From a virus (Duplodnaviria; Caudoviricetes), in the IMG/VR virus record IMGVR_UViG_3300025410_000023, positions 1-55,072 of that record: a stretch of DNA of 55,072 nucleotides. The stretch is one strand, 5' to 3'. Both the position numbers and the translations under genes were made by a program. Positions 19,304 to 27,436 of this stretch are shown piece by piece (within the stretch, counting starts at the first letter, position 1; every line of letters begins with the position of its first letter). The notes under the pieces were generated by a model, which was not told the origin of the DNA, did no database searches, and was given only the letters and a program-made list of their open reading frames with translations.

Positions 19304-20308
19304 TTATAGTTTTTTCAAGAAAGGCTTGCTAGAACTAACAGATGTTTGTCCTGCTTTGTCGCCTGTACCAGAACCTACTGGACCTGGAGTCTTATTGTTA
19401 CCAGGATAACCTGCACCAACTTTCTTTAGGTTTTTAACACCAGCAGTACCGCCTGGTTTGCTATTGGCTTCCCAATCTTTGCCAGTGTATTGCTCTGATT
19501 TCTCAGGAGTAATACCGTTGTTTACTTTGTTTGGTGTTGTACCAACATTGTGTTGACCGTCTTCACCGTCACCTTGTGCTACGTTATTAGCATTAGCACC
19601 AGTTGTTGGCTTACCTTTTCCAGAACTTACTGGACTTTTACCTTCTGTAGGTGATGGTAATGATTCGCCAGTGTTAGCACCTGCGTATTGACCTTGTGTC
19701 TTTTGAGCATTTTTGTCCCAGTCGTTTCCAACTTTTTCAACATACTCACGTGTCATACGACGGCTTTCCATTGTGCCCATCATTTCGTCTGTTTCTTCTT
19801 CGTCATCAAAATCGTGATCGTGTTCGATGCCCATATCGGCTTCTTCACTACCCTGAGCTTGTTCTAATTCTGCAAAGGCAGCTTCTAGATCAGCAATAGC
19901 ATTCTTGATATCATAGATTGCGCTATCTTCTTCTGACTCATGTCCTTCTTCGTCGTCGCCGGACATAACATCAGCACCAAAATCGTCTGTTGCATCACCT
20001 GCGGCAAAATCGTGTTCTTCACTTTCGTCGTCCATTTTGTAGCTGTCTTCTAGCTCTTCATGGCTTTCGTCCATTTCTTCGTCGTCTTCCATAGACTCGT
20101 CCATTTTTTCATCGTCTTCCATAGACTCGTCCATTTCTTCGTCGTCTTCTTCACGACTTTCATCGGCTTCTTCATCTTCCTCTTCTGAGATAAGATTTTC
20201 ATAGATATTTCTTGACTTCTCAACAACGATTTCATGGAAAAGCTCGTTGGCTTTTTCCATCTCTTCGTTTACGAGATAGTCTAACAATTGTTCAAATTTG
20301 GTAGACAT
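19304..20308 (-). CDS. Highly acidic prohead core protein (position of T4 gp67/gp68)
   Basis: D/E-rich N-half and G/K/N-rich C-half, between portal and protease; SD AAGGAG; TAAATA at 20350-20355. Confidence 0.65.
   Translation of the reverse strand: MSTKFEQLLDYLVNEEMEKANELFHEIVVEKSRNIYENLISEEEDEEADESREEDDEEMDESMEDDEKMDESMEDDEEMDESHEELEDSYKMDDESEEHDFAAGDATDDFGADVMSGDDEEGHESEEDSAIYDIKNAIADLEAAFAELEQAQGSEEADMGIEHDHDFDDEEETDEMMGTMESRRMTREYVEKVGNDWDKNAQKTQGQYAGANTGESLPSPTEGKSPVSSGKGKPTTGANANNVAQGDGEDGQHNVGTTPNKVNNGITPEKSEQYTGKDWEANSKPGGTAGVKNLKKVGAGYPGNNKTPGPVGSGTGDKAGQTSVSSSKPFLKKL
20067..20149. repeat. 30-nt tandem repeat, ~2.8 copies (EDDEEMDESM)
   Basis: tcgtccatttcttcgtcgtcttccatagac-like units start at 20067, 20097 and 20127. 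Confidence 0.9.
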
Positions 20309-20493
20309 TGCTTTATTCTCCTTAATATGGTTGCGGCAAGGCTGTGTTGTATTTACTAGGTTGGAGAAATATATGCACGAAATAGGCCTAAAACGAGCCG
20401 TTTTGACCGTAATGACGCAGATTTTAATCTGGTTTTTTAACTTTTCTGTCTAAAATATTTAGTTTTTAGCAAAAAAAGTTAAACTATCAGTTA

Positions 20494-20736
20494 TCATACG
20501 GCTACTCCTGGTGGAGGAGCGGCGTACATTTTACGTACTAAACCTAATTCTTCGTTGTGTTCTTTATCGTGTGCTTCACTTGCAAGACGTATATCATTTA
20601 ACATACGTAGTGTTAAACGCATCTTTCTTAGATCACCATTCTTTAAAACACCAGTATCATTTTGACTAAGATAACGATTGTTTTCTTGCGGATCTGCGTG
20701 ATTCCGATTAAAGTACATAAATTCTTTTAGTATCAT
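20494..20736 (-). CDS. Small head-module protein (80 aa)
   Basis: Follows portal; TATAAATA at 20745-20752; ends TGA TAA. Confidence 0.7.
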   Translation of the reverse strand: MILKEFMYFNRNHADPQENNRYLSQNDTGVLKNGDLRKMRLTLRMLNDIRLASEAHDKEHNEELGLVRKMYAAPPPGVAV

Positions 20737-20744
20737 AATACAAC

Positions 20745-20752
20745 TATTTATA
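20745..20752 (-). promoter_or_regulatory. Late promoter TATAAATA
   Basis: Exact match, 8 nt before ATG 20736. Confidence 0.7.
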
Positions 20753-20757
20753 GATTA

Positions 20758-22488
20758 TCAAGCAGTTGGAGGCGTTTGATCACCGCCTGGAATTTCTCCA
20801 GCTATTGGTTCTTCTTCACCTTCTAAAGGAGCAGGTGGTGCATTAGAATCTAATGCTCCTAAATCACCGTTAATGTTATTTGCAGTAATGCCAGCACCAC
20901 GTAATTCAGCACTTGCAGATGTATGTGCTTCGCTGTCAATGTTTTCATCTCTCCACATTTTTTCATTTTCTGCAATCTCTTCTGCACTAAGACCTAAGAA
21001 TCGTTTCAATGCAAAACGTTTGCTTACAAATGGAATAGCTACCATGGCAGCAAATGTGTTTACACGAGCAGTATCCATTTCTGCCTGACGATAACTTGCA
21101 AAGTTTTGTGGAGGATTAAATCTAATATCAAAAATATTACCATCAATATTAATGCCTTTAGTATGTAGATACACTTTAAATTCTGTATCAAACTCATCGT
21201 GCATTAAACTTTGAAGTCGTTCGCAGTATTTGTTGAATCGGAGTTCTTGTATATAGGCTGTCCCGACTCGTCCGTCATTAAAGTTGCTTCCTCCATCATC
21301 TGACCCAGTAGGAAGATAACTGCTAGGGATCCTAAGAGCTCTAAAGAGTTTATTAGTAAAGTACTTAAGGTCATCGATTTCTCCTAAATTTGTTCCGCCT
21401 GGTAAAATTTCAACTTTACTTCCCCTACCTTCTGCGGTTTGTGGGAAAAAGTAATCTTCGTTAATAGATAATGGATTATAACTTGTATCTACAACACTTT
21501 GACTTCCGCCCGTTGAACTAGGAATTCTACGTTGATTAACTTCGTTTTTAACACGTTCTACAAAACTCATAGCCAAGTGACTTGGCATATTACCTACATC
21601 AATATAGAACACTCTGCGCTCTGGTGCACGTTGTACACGATAGATAATAATAGCGTCTTCTAGTAATTCTTTTTGTTTAAAAACTTTAAAAATACTTTCC
21701 ATCAAGCTATTTCCAAATGGAAAATTATTATCTAGTCCCTCGCTCATACTAATATGAATAACGTGTCTAGCATCAATTGTATATTGATTTTGAGCTTGAC
21801 TGAATCTGCTTGAATTAGCATTGGTAGGAAATGATCCAACCATACCTCGTGATCCACCTGCGCCACCTTGACCAGTTCCGTATCCACCGCCGAATGTGCT
21901 ACCACCGCCTTGTTGATTGCTGGGATTAATAGCTGTTGTAGAAAGTGTTTCTAAATTAGGATTAAAATCACGGATAACATACTGTTCAGGCTTTTTACCT
22001 TCACTTTCGTTAACAATAATCTTGTCTACTTTTTGTGGATCTACATACATCCAGGCCTGTGTTTCTGGATCACGGACAAAAAATACATCACCATACTTAA
22101 ATGCATTACGTACAATTTTAAATATACGTTTATCAAACTTGTTTAATTTTGTCCACTGTTGTAGATATTTTTTAATAATTTTAATTTCAGTAGAAGTTGC
22201 TTGTTCTTTAAAGAATACATTAAATGGAGTTCCGTTTTCATCGTTAGATTGTGTGCAAAATTCAGCTAAAATATCTAATGCCGCATTAACTTCGCTGTCC
22301 CAATCCATGGTGTCGTACTGACCATATCTCTCTAAACGGTTAGGGTGACCTGAATAAACATCTGGCAAATAGCTAGAATAGTTGGTTCTACTTAATTGCC
22401 CACCACCGCCACCTCCGACCATTGCTCCGCTAACAGGACTTAGTTTGCCTGATGTATTCACTGGGGTAAAATAACGTTTCCAACTCAT
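20758..22488 (-). CDS. gp20: Portal protein, T4 gp20-like
   Basis: LLEDAIIIYRVQRAPERRVFYIDVGNMP, EDYFFP..GRGSKVEILPGG.NLGEIDD..YF..KL.RALRIPSS. Start taken at ATG 22488 (MSWKRYF). Confidence 0.95.
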   Translation of the reverse strand: MSWKRYFTPVNTSGKLSPVSGAMVGGGGGGQLSRTNYSSYLPDVYSGHPNRLERYGQYDTMDWDSEVNAALDILAEFCTQSNDENGTPFNVFFKEQATSTEIKIIKKYLQQWTKLNKFDKRIFKIVRNAFKYGDVFFVRDPETQAWMYVDPQKVDKIIVNESEGKKPEQYVIRDFNPNLETLSTTAINPSNQQGGGSTFGGGYGTGQGGAGGSRGMVGSFPTNANSSRFSQAQNQYTIDARHVIHISMSEGLDNNFPFGNSLMESIFKVFKQKELLEDAIIIYRVQRAPERRVFYIDVGNMPSHLAMSFVERVKNEVNQRRIPSSTGGSQSVVDTSYNPLSINEDYFFPQTAEGRGSKVEILPGGTNLGEIDDLKYFTNKLFRALRIPSSYLPTGSDDGGSNFNDGRVGTAYIQELRFNKYCERLQSLMHDEFDTEFKVYLHTKGINIDGNIFDIRFNPPQNFASYRQAEMDTARVNTFAAMVAIPFVSKRFALKRFLGLSAEEIAENEKMWRDENIDSEAHTSASAELRGAGITANNINGDLGALDSNAPPAPLEGEEEPIAGEIPGGDQTPPTA

Positions 22489-22492
22489 ATTA

Positions 22493-24769
22493 TTATGCCA
22501 TTTCAAATAAATTACCACCTAGTGCTCTAGTAGCATCATAGGTTCTTTTGGTATTTTCTGCAGTCTGTTTTAGTTGTGCTAATATCTGCAAGTTAATAGT
22601 ATTTAACTGTTGTAATGATTGTGAAAGGCCAGACTGACTTGCAGTATCTATAATTTGTGCCATTTGGCTAGGAGTAATTACAGATTCACCTTCGGCAACA
22701 TTTAATGTTGCATCTGATTTTTCCCACCAACTTCCTGTCATTCCGATTGTACCGCTGTGTCTTCTGCCGCGACCATATTTTAGGGCATCTTCTGGATTTA
22801 CAGTTCTATCAGATTGATATTGTTCAAATAACGATGTTTTGCTCCTATCTACCCAACCTGCTATTCCCAACTCTTGTAATCCGTGGCCTCCTAATCGTTG
22901 CTTTTGTTGATCAAGCCAATTTTGATATTGTTGTGTCTGTTCTGTAGCTTGTCTTAACATTCTTTGTTGTTGACTTTCTCCAACTCCAGTTTTTTCATAG
23001 ATCCAATCACTGATAGAATCAATAGCAACCTCAAGGGCTTTCTTTAGATATGGAGTTATAAAATCAACAATTTTTTCAAATGTACTAATTAAAGTAGGTT
23101 TTACTTCTTCCCACATTTGAGTAAATGCAGGTTTTACTAACTTCCAAACTTCGGATAATCCTGAACCGATTCGATCAATTGTAGCAAAAATAGCAGCCTT
23201 CCAATCTTGATTTGGACCAAAGGCCGCTTTGATAATATCCACAGATTTACTAAGCCAATCTACCACATTAGTAACTGCAACATACAACGGAGATCCTTCT
23301 CTTAAATTTGTACTAATAAATTCTACCATTGCTAAACCGATATTTAAAATAGTTGGCATTAATGGTTGAATAGCTTTGTAAACTAAATTCATCATGCTCA
23401 TGCCTAATATTTTGATTCCTTGTTCAGTAACTCCTAAATTTGCCGCATAACTATTTGCAGATTTTAACTGATCTAATGCTGTTTCTTCTAGTGATTTTTC
23501 AACAGTCTTACTACCGTGAATTATATTTCTTCCAGATTGTATTAGTGCCTGAGGTAGCATTTCACCTTGTATTGTTTGTCCTGCTAGACCTAATTGATCG
23601 GCAAATTTTACAGATGCTACTGCTGTGTTACCTAATATAGAAGTAATTTGTTTACTCTTATCAGCAGATGACGCAGTAGATGCAAGTATTGATCTAATCT
23701 GAGCACCTATTTCTATACTCATTCCGCCGGTAGCAATTGCAATTTTAGTCGAAGCTTCATTTAATGGAGTATCAATTCCTCTGACTTGATTTTTTACTAC
23801 ATCAACTAAGTCTTTTCCTCCAACTGCTGCCGCAGAGGCTAACGCTTCTCTAACTTCTCCAGCTTTTTCTGGACTTAAACTATCGAGATATAATTGCCAA
23901 ACCTGATCATCTTCGGCCTTACGAACTTCAGCATCAATTTGGTCTCTACGTTTACCTGTAATTTTACTGAGTTCATCTAAGTTAGTCATATAATCAACAG
24001 TTAACTTAACCAGTTGATCTGTGGTGGCCGCATTTTGTTTACCTAATACGCCTTGGGCTTTCATCATTCCTGCTAGCATTTCAGATGCTTGTTGAGCAGT
24101 ATAACCCATTCCAAAAATTATGTTTTGATATCGACTATCCGGGCCTATTAATTTTGCATTAGCATCGACAAATTTGTTAATACCTGCCTGTACATTTAAT
24201 CCTGCTGATGCAAATACTTCAGAATTTTTACTAACAACAGATTGAAATTCATCCAATGACAAATATGACCTTGCGGCCATTGCTCGAATATCGTCCAAAC
24301 TTCCGGCAAAGCTAGCACCAGATTCAGTTAAGTTATGGTATACATCTAATAATAGTTCTTGATATTTAATCATGTCAGCAAATAACTGTGCTAGTGTTCC
24401 TACTCCTAGAGGAAGTTGATTGAATACTTCAAAGAAATCACTGAATTTAGCTTTGCCCTCTGCGGCCATCTTTGAAAAATCATATAGTTTAGACCCAAGA
24501 TTTACAAACTGGCCAATTGTACTTCCGATTATATTTCCCAATGTTGAAAAAAGTTCAGAAAGTAAATTACCTGCGCCCTGGAGTGCTTTAAACATTATAC
24601 CTACAGGCCCTGGTAATCCACTAGATGAGCCTCCAGTTGATCCACTAGATCCTCCTCCCGTTCCAGGAGTAAACTTACTCATTAGACGTTGTAAAGTCAG
24701 TAAATTAGCATTCATAGCCTGAGCTACTGCTAATAATTCTGCTAGTGTTGCTTCGGTTGCACCGTTCAT
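22493..24769 (-). CDS. Tape-measure-like protein (758 aa)
   Basis: Helical, A/L/Q-rich, with an amphipathic W-periodic segment; divergent from gp26/gp51-like genes. Confidence 0.65.
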   Translation of the reverse strand: MNGATEATLAELLAVAQAMNANLLTLQRLMSKFTPGTGGGSSGSTGGSSSGLPGPVGIMFKALQGAGNLLSELFSTLGNIIGSTIGQFVNLGSKLYDFSKMAAEGKAKFSDFFEVFNQLPLGVGTLAQLFADMIKYQELLLDVYHNLTESGASFAGSLDDIRAMAARSYLSLDEFQSVVSKNSEVFASAGLNVQAGINKFVDANAKLIGPDSRYQNIIFGMGYTAQQASEMLAGMMKAQGVLGKQNAATTDQLVKLTVDYMTNLDELSKITGKRRDQIDAEVRKAEDDQVWQLYLDSLSPEKAGEVREALASAAAVGGKDLVDVVKNQVRGIDTPLNEASTKIAIATGGMSIEIGAQIRSILASTASSADKSKQITSILGNTAVASVKFADQLGLAGQTIQGEMLPQALIQSGRNIIHGSKTVEKSLEETALDQLKSANSYAANLGVTEQGIKILGMSMMNLVYKAIQPLMPTILNIGLAMVEFISTNLREGSPLYVAVTNVVDWLSKSVDIIKAAFGPNQDWKAAIFATIDRIGSGLSEVWKLVKPAFTQMWEEVKPTLISTFEKIVDFITPYLKKALEVAIDSISDWIYEKTGVGESQQQRMLRQATEQTQQYQNWLDQQKQRLGGHGLQELGIAGWVDRSKTSLFEQYQSDRTVNPEDALKYGRGRRHSGTIGMTGSWWEKSDATLNVAEGESVITPSQMAQIIDTASQSGLSQSLQQLNTINLQILAQLKQTAENTKRTYDATRALGGNLFEMA

Positions 24770-24786
24770 AGATTAAAAACCACCAT

Positions 24787-24832
24787 TAAATACATAGATA
24801 AATAGTACGTCTATTCATTTATAGTTTATTTA
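24787..24832. promoter_or_regulatory. Divergent late promoter region
   Basis: TAAATA on + at 24787 and 24799; TAAATA on - at 24827-24832. Confidence 0.55.
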
Positions 24833-24845
24833 TCGGAGAAAAAAT

Positions 24846-25715
24846 ATGCAGACCGTTTCAGGAATTCCTCGTAATAACCCATTGGCCAATTATATGCGCC
24901 AACCAAAAATTTATATCACATTACCTAGTCAAGGTCAATACTGGACTACGGGTAGTATTGTAATGCCTGAATCAGGAGAATTACCTGTGTTTTCAATGAC
25001 TGCAAGAGATGAGTTGTTGTTTAAAACACCTGATGCACTAATGAACGGGCAGGCTGTTGTAGATGTTATACAAAGTTGTATTCCTGCTATTAAGAATGCC
25101 TGGGACTGTCCTACTATAGATTTAGATACAATTTTAATAGCGATTAGACTAGCAACATATGGTACTAAAATGCCATTCACACATAAAATTCCTGTTATAA
25201 ATGAAGAAGTAGAATATGACTTAGATCTAGGAATGTTATTAGAACAACAACGAAATAACTATTGGATTGACCAAGTTGTTATTAATCCTGAATTTATTAT
25301 TTGTGTACGTCCGTTAACATATAAGCATATGACTCAAACTAGTATAAAGAGTTTTGAAACAACTAGAATACTTAATATGGTCAACGACAATAATATACCT
25401 GATGATAAAAAATTAGAAATGTTTAATACCAGCTTTAATAATTTAACCAAAGTAACTATTGATTTATTATCTGAAAGTGTGTATAAAGTTATAACTGCTG
25501 ATTCCGAAGTCACCGATAAAAAATATATCAAAGAATTTGTTGCCAATGCTGACAAGGATATTTTTGAACAGGTACAAAAACATCTCAACGAAATGAAAAA
25601 TCACAATGATCTTAAACCTTTAGAATTTTCAACTTCTCCAGAACAACAAGAGCAAGGCGCACCTGCTACCTACAGCATTCCTATTAATTTCAACGATTCT
25701 GATTTTTTCGGATGA
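24846..25715 (+). CDS. gp26: Baseplate hub assembly protein, gp26-like
   Basis: YITLPSQG..., MTARDELL, IDLDTILIAIRLATYG, VRPLTYK pattern. Confidence 0.7.
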   Translation: MQTVSGIPRNNPLANYMRQPKIYITLPSQGQYWTTGSIVMPESGELPVFSMTARDELLFKTPDALMNGQAVVDVIQSCIPAIKNAWDCPTIDLDTILIAIRLATYGTKMPFTHKIPVINEEVEYDLDLGMLLEQQRNNYWIDQVVINPEFIICVRPLTYKHMTQTSIKSFETTRILNMVNDNNIPDDKKLEMFNTSFNNLTKVTIDLLSESVYKVITADSEVTDKKYIKEFVANADKDIFEQVQKHLNEMKNHNDLKPLEFSTSPEQQEQGAPATYSIPINFNDSDFFG

Positions 25716-25939
25716 GGCTTTTGACATTATCTTTGTCAGAAATTGAAGAAGAAATTAAAAAAATTGACAATGAGTCAAAAGCCTTAAGAAAAGATATCTA
25801 TAAGTTAGCTTGGTTTATGCGCGGTTCTGTTAGTATAGAACAAGCATTTGGAATGGATATAGGAGACAGGAATATAGTCTCCGATTTAATAAAAGAAAAT
25901 TTAGAAACAACCAAAGAATCGGGCTTACCGTTCTTTTAA
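25712..25939 (+). CDS. Baseplate hub assembly chaperone, gp51-like (75 aa)
   Basis: ATGA overlap with the gp26-like gene; L.W.MRG.VS...A..M...DR pattern. Confidence 0.55.
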   Translation: MRLLTLSLSEIEEEIKKIDNESKALRKDIYKLAWFMRGSVSIEQAFGMDIGDRNIVSDLIKENLETTKESGLPFF

Positions 25940-26505
25940 ATACCTTTGTTTCTTAAACGTTGATCCATTGCCTGGATTGCTGCTTTTAATTGATCAACTT
26001 CTTGATCGTTTGAAGATCCTGCGTGAGAAACAGCAGGAGCACCTGCACCGCCTCCTGCTGTTGAGAATGATTGACCTGCTCTAGCTGTATCGTACCCACG
26101 TTTAAGTCCGCCTGCTAATGCACCCAATGGACTTGTAACTGCACCTACTGCTGAGGAAGCAACATCACCTACTCCACGTAACCCTGCACCTATACCTTGA
26201 CCAACACTGCCTATACCCTGTCCTACACCTTTAAGTCCAGTACCTACATTTTTGGCTAAATCACCAGTAGCTGTGGCAACATTACTTAATCCTGGTTGAA
26301 CTTTCTTTGCTAATTGTCCTGCATAGTTAGTAATAGCGGGAATATTCTGAGCCGCATTAGCCGCCCCTTTTTGTACAACATTGCTAACACTTTGAGCGCC
26401 TCGTCCTAAAGCACTTGCTCCAGCTTTCAAGGCATTACCTACGCCTGCTAGATTTAGCTCATTTACTTGATTTTGTTCGATAATAATTAATTCATTGATT
26501 TTCAT
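25936..26505 (-). CDS. Gly/Ala-rich late protein, possible internal head protein (189 aa)
   Basis: TATAAATA at 26533-26540; MKINEL..E N-terminus; heptad-like GVGQGIG repeats; its stop overlaps the convergent gene's stop (TTAA). Confidence 0.6.
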   Translation of the reverse strand: MKINELIIIEQNQVNELNLAGVGNALKAGASALGRGAQSVSNVVQKGAANAAQNIPAITNYAGQLAKKVQPGLSNVATATGDLAKNVGTGLKGVGQGIGSVGQGIGAGLRGVGDVASSAVGAVTSPLGALAGGLKRGYDTARAGQSFSTAGGGAGAPAVSHAGSSNDQEVDQLKAAIQAMDQRLRNKGI

Positions 26506-26532
26506 ACAGGAAGTCCCAAAGTGATATATTTT

Positions 26533-26540
26533 TATTTATA
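26533..26540 (-). promoter_or_regulatory. Late promoter TATAAATA
   Basis: Exact match upstream of ATG 26505. Confidence 0.7.
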
Positions 26541-26628
26541 TACTTAAAGTGAACTACGTTCACTTGCTTTATCGCTATCGCTCAAAGCAACTTATTTAAT
26601 GTTGATTACTACGAAGTAGTTTAAGTAT
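26540..26628. repeat. Multibranch inverted-repeat cluster with GNA-type mini-hairpins
   Basis: atacttaaa/tttaagtat closes aagtgaac-tac-gttcactt, ttgcttt...aaagcaa and actac-gaa-gtagt. Confidence 0.7.
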
Positions 26629-26983
26629 TATCCAGATTCCTTGGTCACACTTCGCCCGCTCAAGGGCAAAAATGACATTATCCGAGTTCGAACAGTCACT
26701 TAGTGTTAGAGCAGTTACAGTGGCGGTTGACCGGTACCACGAGCTCCGTCTTCATTCAACGGCAGTTTAACTATATACACTAACATATAGGTAAACCCAG
26801 GGTTTTTCTCCCTTCCTTTTTTGCCTTTTTCTATTATTCAAACAACTAAACCACGGCGAATTTGTGATCTTGGTCCTGTCAAGGATACTAGTTGAGTACT
26901 CTTAGCGGCGAGAGGTTTCCGTCCCTGTGATCCAAGATCCAGGTCTAGGGCATCCGAAATTAGCTGATGCTTGCTGATACCGC
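26627..26983 (-). ncRNA. Candidate large structured ncRNA, family not recognised
   Basis: No ORF >=60 aa, GC-enriched, about 10 stems, two loop-distal complementarities, and G-U pairs consistent only with the - strand. Confidence 0.65.
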
Positions 26984-27421
26984 TTATGAGCCTAATGTTT
27001 TCTTGATTATGTGCGAGCCATGTACACGGACTGATATTTGTCCATTATAGTAGTCTGTAGATTCTAATACTTTGCGGTCGAATTGTTCACGGGCCTCAAT
27101 GTAACTACATTCTGCTTTACTTTTACAGTAATATAATATCTCTCTACTAAAATTGTCTTTGCCTATTAGTGTAACATCTTTAGTTAGTTCGGGACTACTA
27201 CCGAAGTAGTCTTTCCAGTCACTATCTATTTTGCTACGAATTTTCTTCTTTTTCTTTGTACCGTTTTTTAATTTTATAGTTTTATAAGTGGTTTTAGAGA
27301 ATTTTGCTAATTTTTTGCCTATGTATTTTCTGTCATTGGTTAAGTTAGTAATAATGTAAACAAATCCTACACAATCTTCTGGTAATTCTTCAACTATTTG
27401 TCCTTGGTAAGTCCATTCCAT
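26984..27421 (-). CDS. Single-domain GIY-YIG endonuclease (145 aa)
   Basis: GFVYIITNLTNDRKYIGKK, Y.GSS, F.REIL, conserved E (YIEARE) and YYN. Confidence 0.85.
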   Translation of the reverse strand: MEWTYQGQIVEELPEDCVGFVYIITNLTNDRKYIGKKLAKFSKTTYKTIKLKNGTKKKKKIRSKIDSDWKDYFGSSPELTKDVTLIGKDNFSREILYYCKSKAECSYIEAREQFDRKVLESTDYYNGQISVRVHGSHIIKKTLGS

Positions 27422-27436
27422 TGATTACTAAATGCC

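Noticed and set aside
20067-20149. CRISPR-like array
   Set aside because: Contiguous in-frame coding repeats without spacers; no cas genes.
22489-22518. ORF-track upstream start for portal (and similarly 31629 for gp55, 15208 and 1510)
   Set aside because: These extensions overlap the upstream gene or promoter elements; downstream ATGs fit the promoter, SD or paralog evidence better.
26540-26628. Retron msd or IS200/REP end
   Set aside because: The hairpins are reminiscent, but no RT or HUH transposase is encoded in the window and I saw no second copy.
26627-27421. Group I/II intron or RNase P/tmRNA identity for the structured region next to the GIY-YIG gene
   Set aside because: No P7 pair (GACUA/UAGUC) with J8/7, no domain V/GUGYG ends, no GAGGAAAGUCC and no tRNA-like ends were found by eye. 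The flanking genes are intact, with no split exon.
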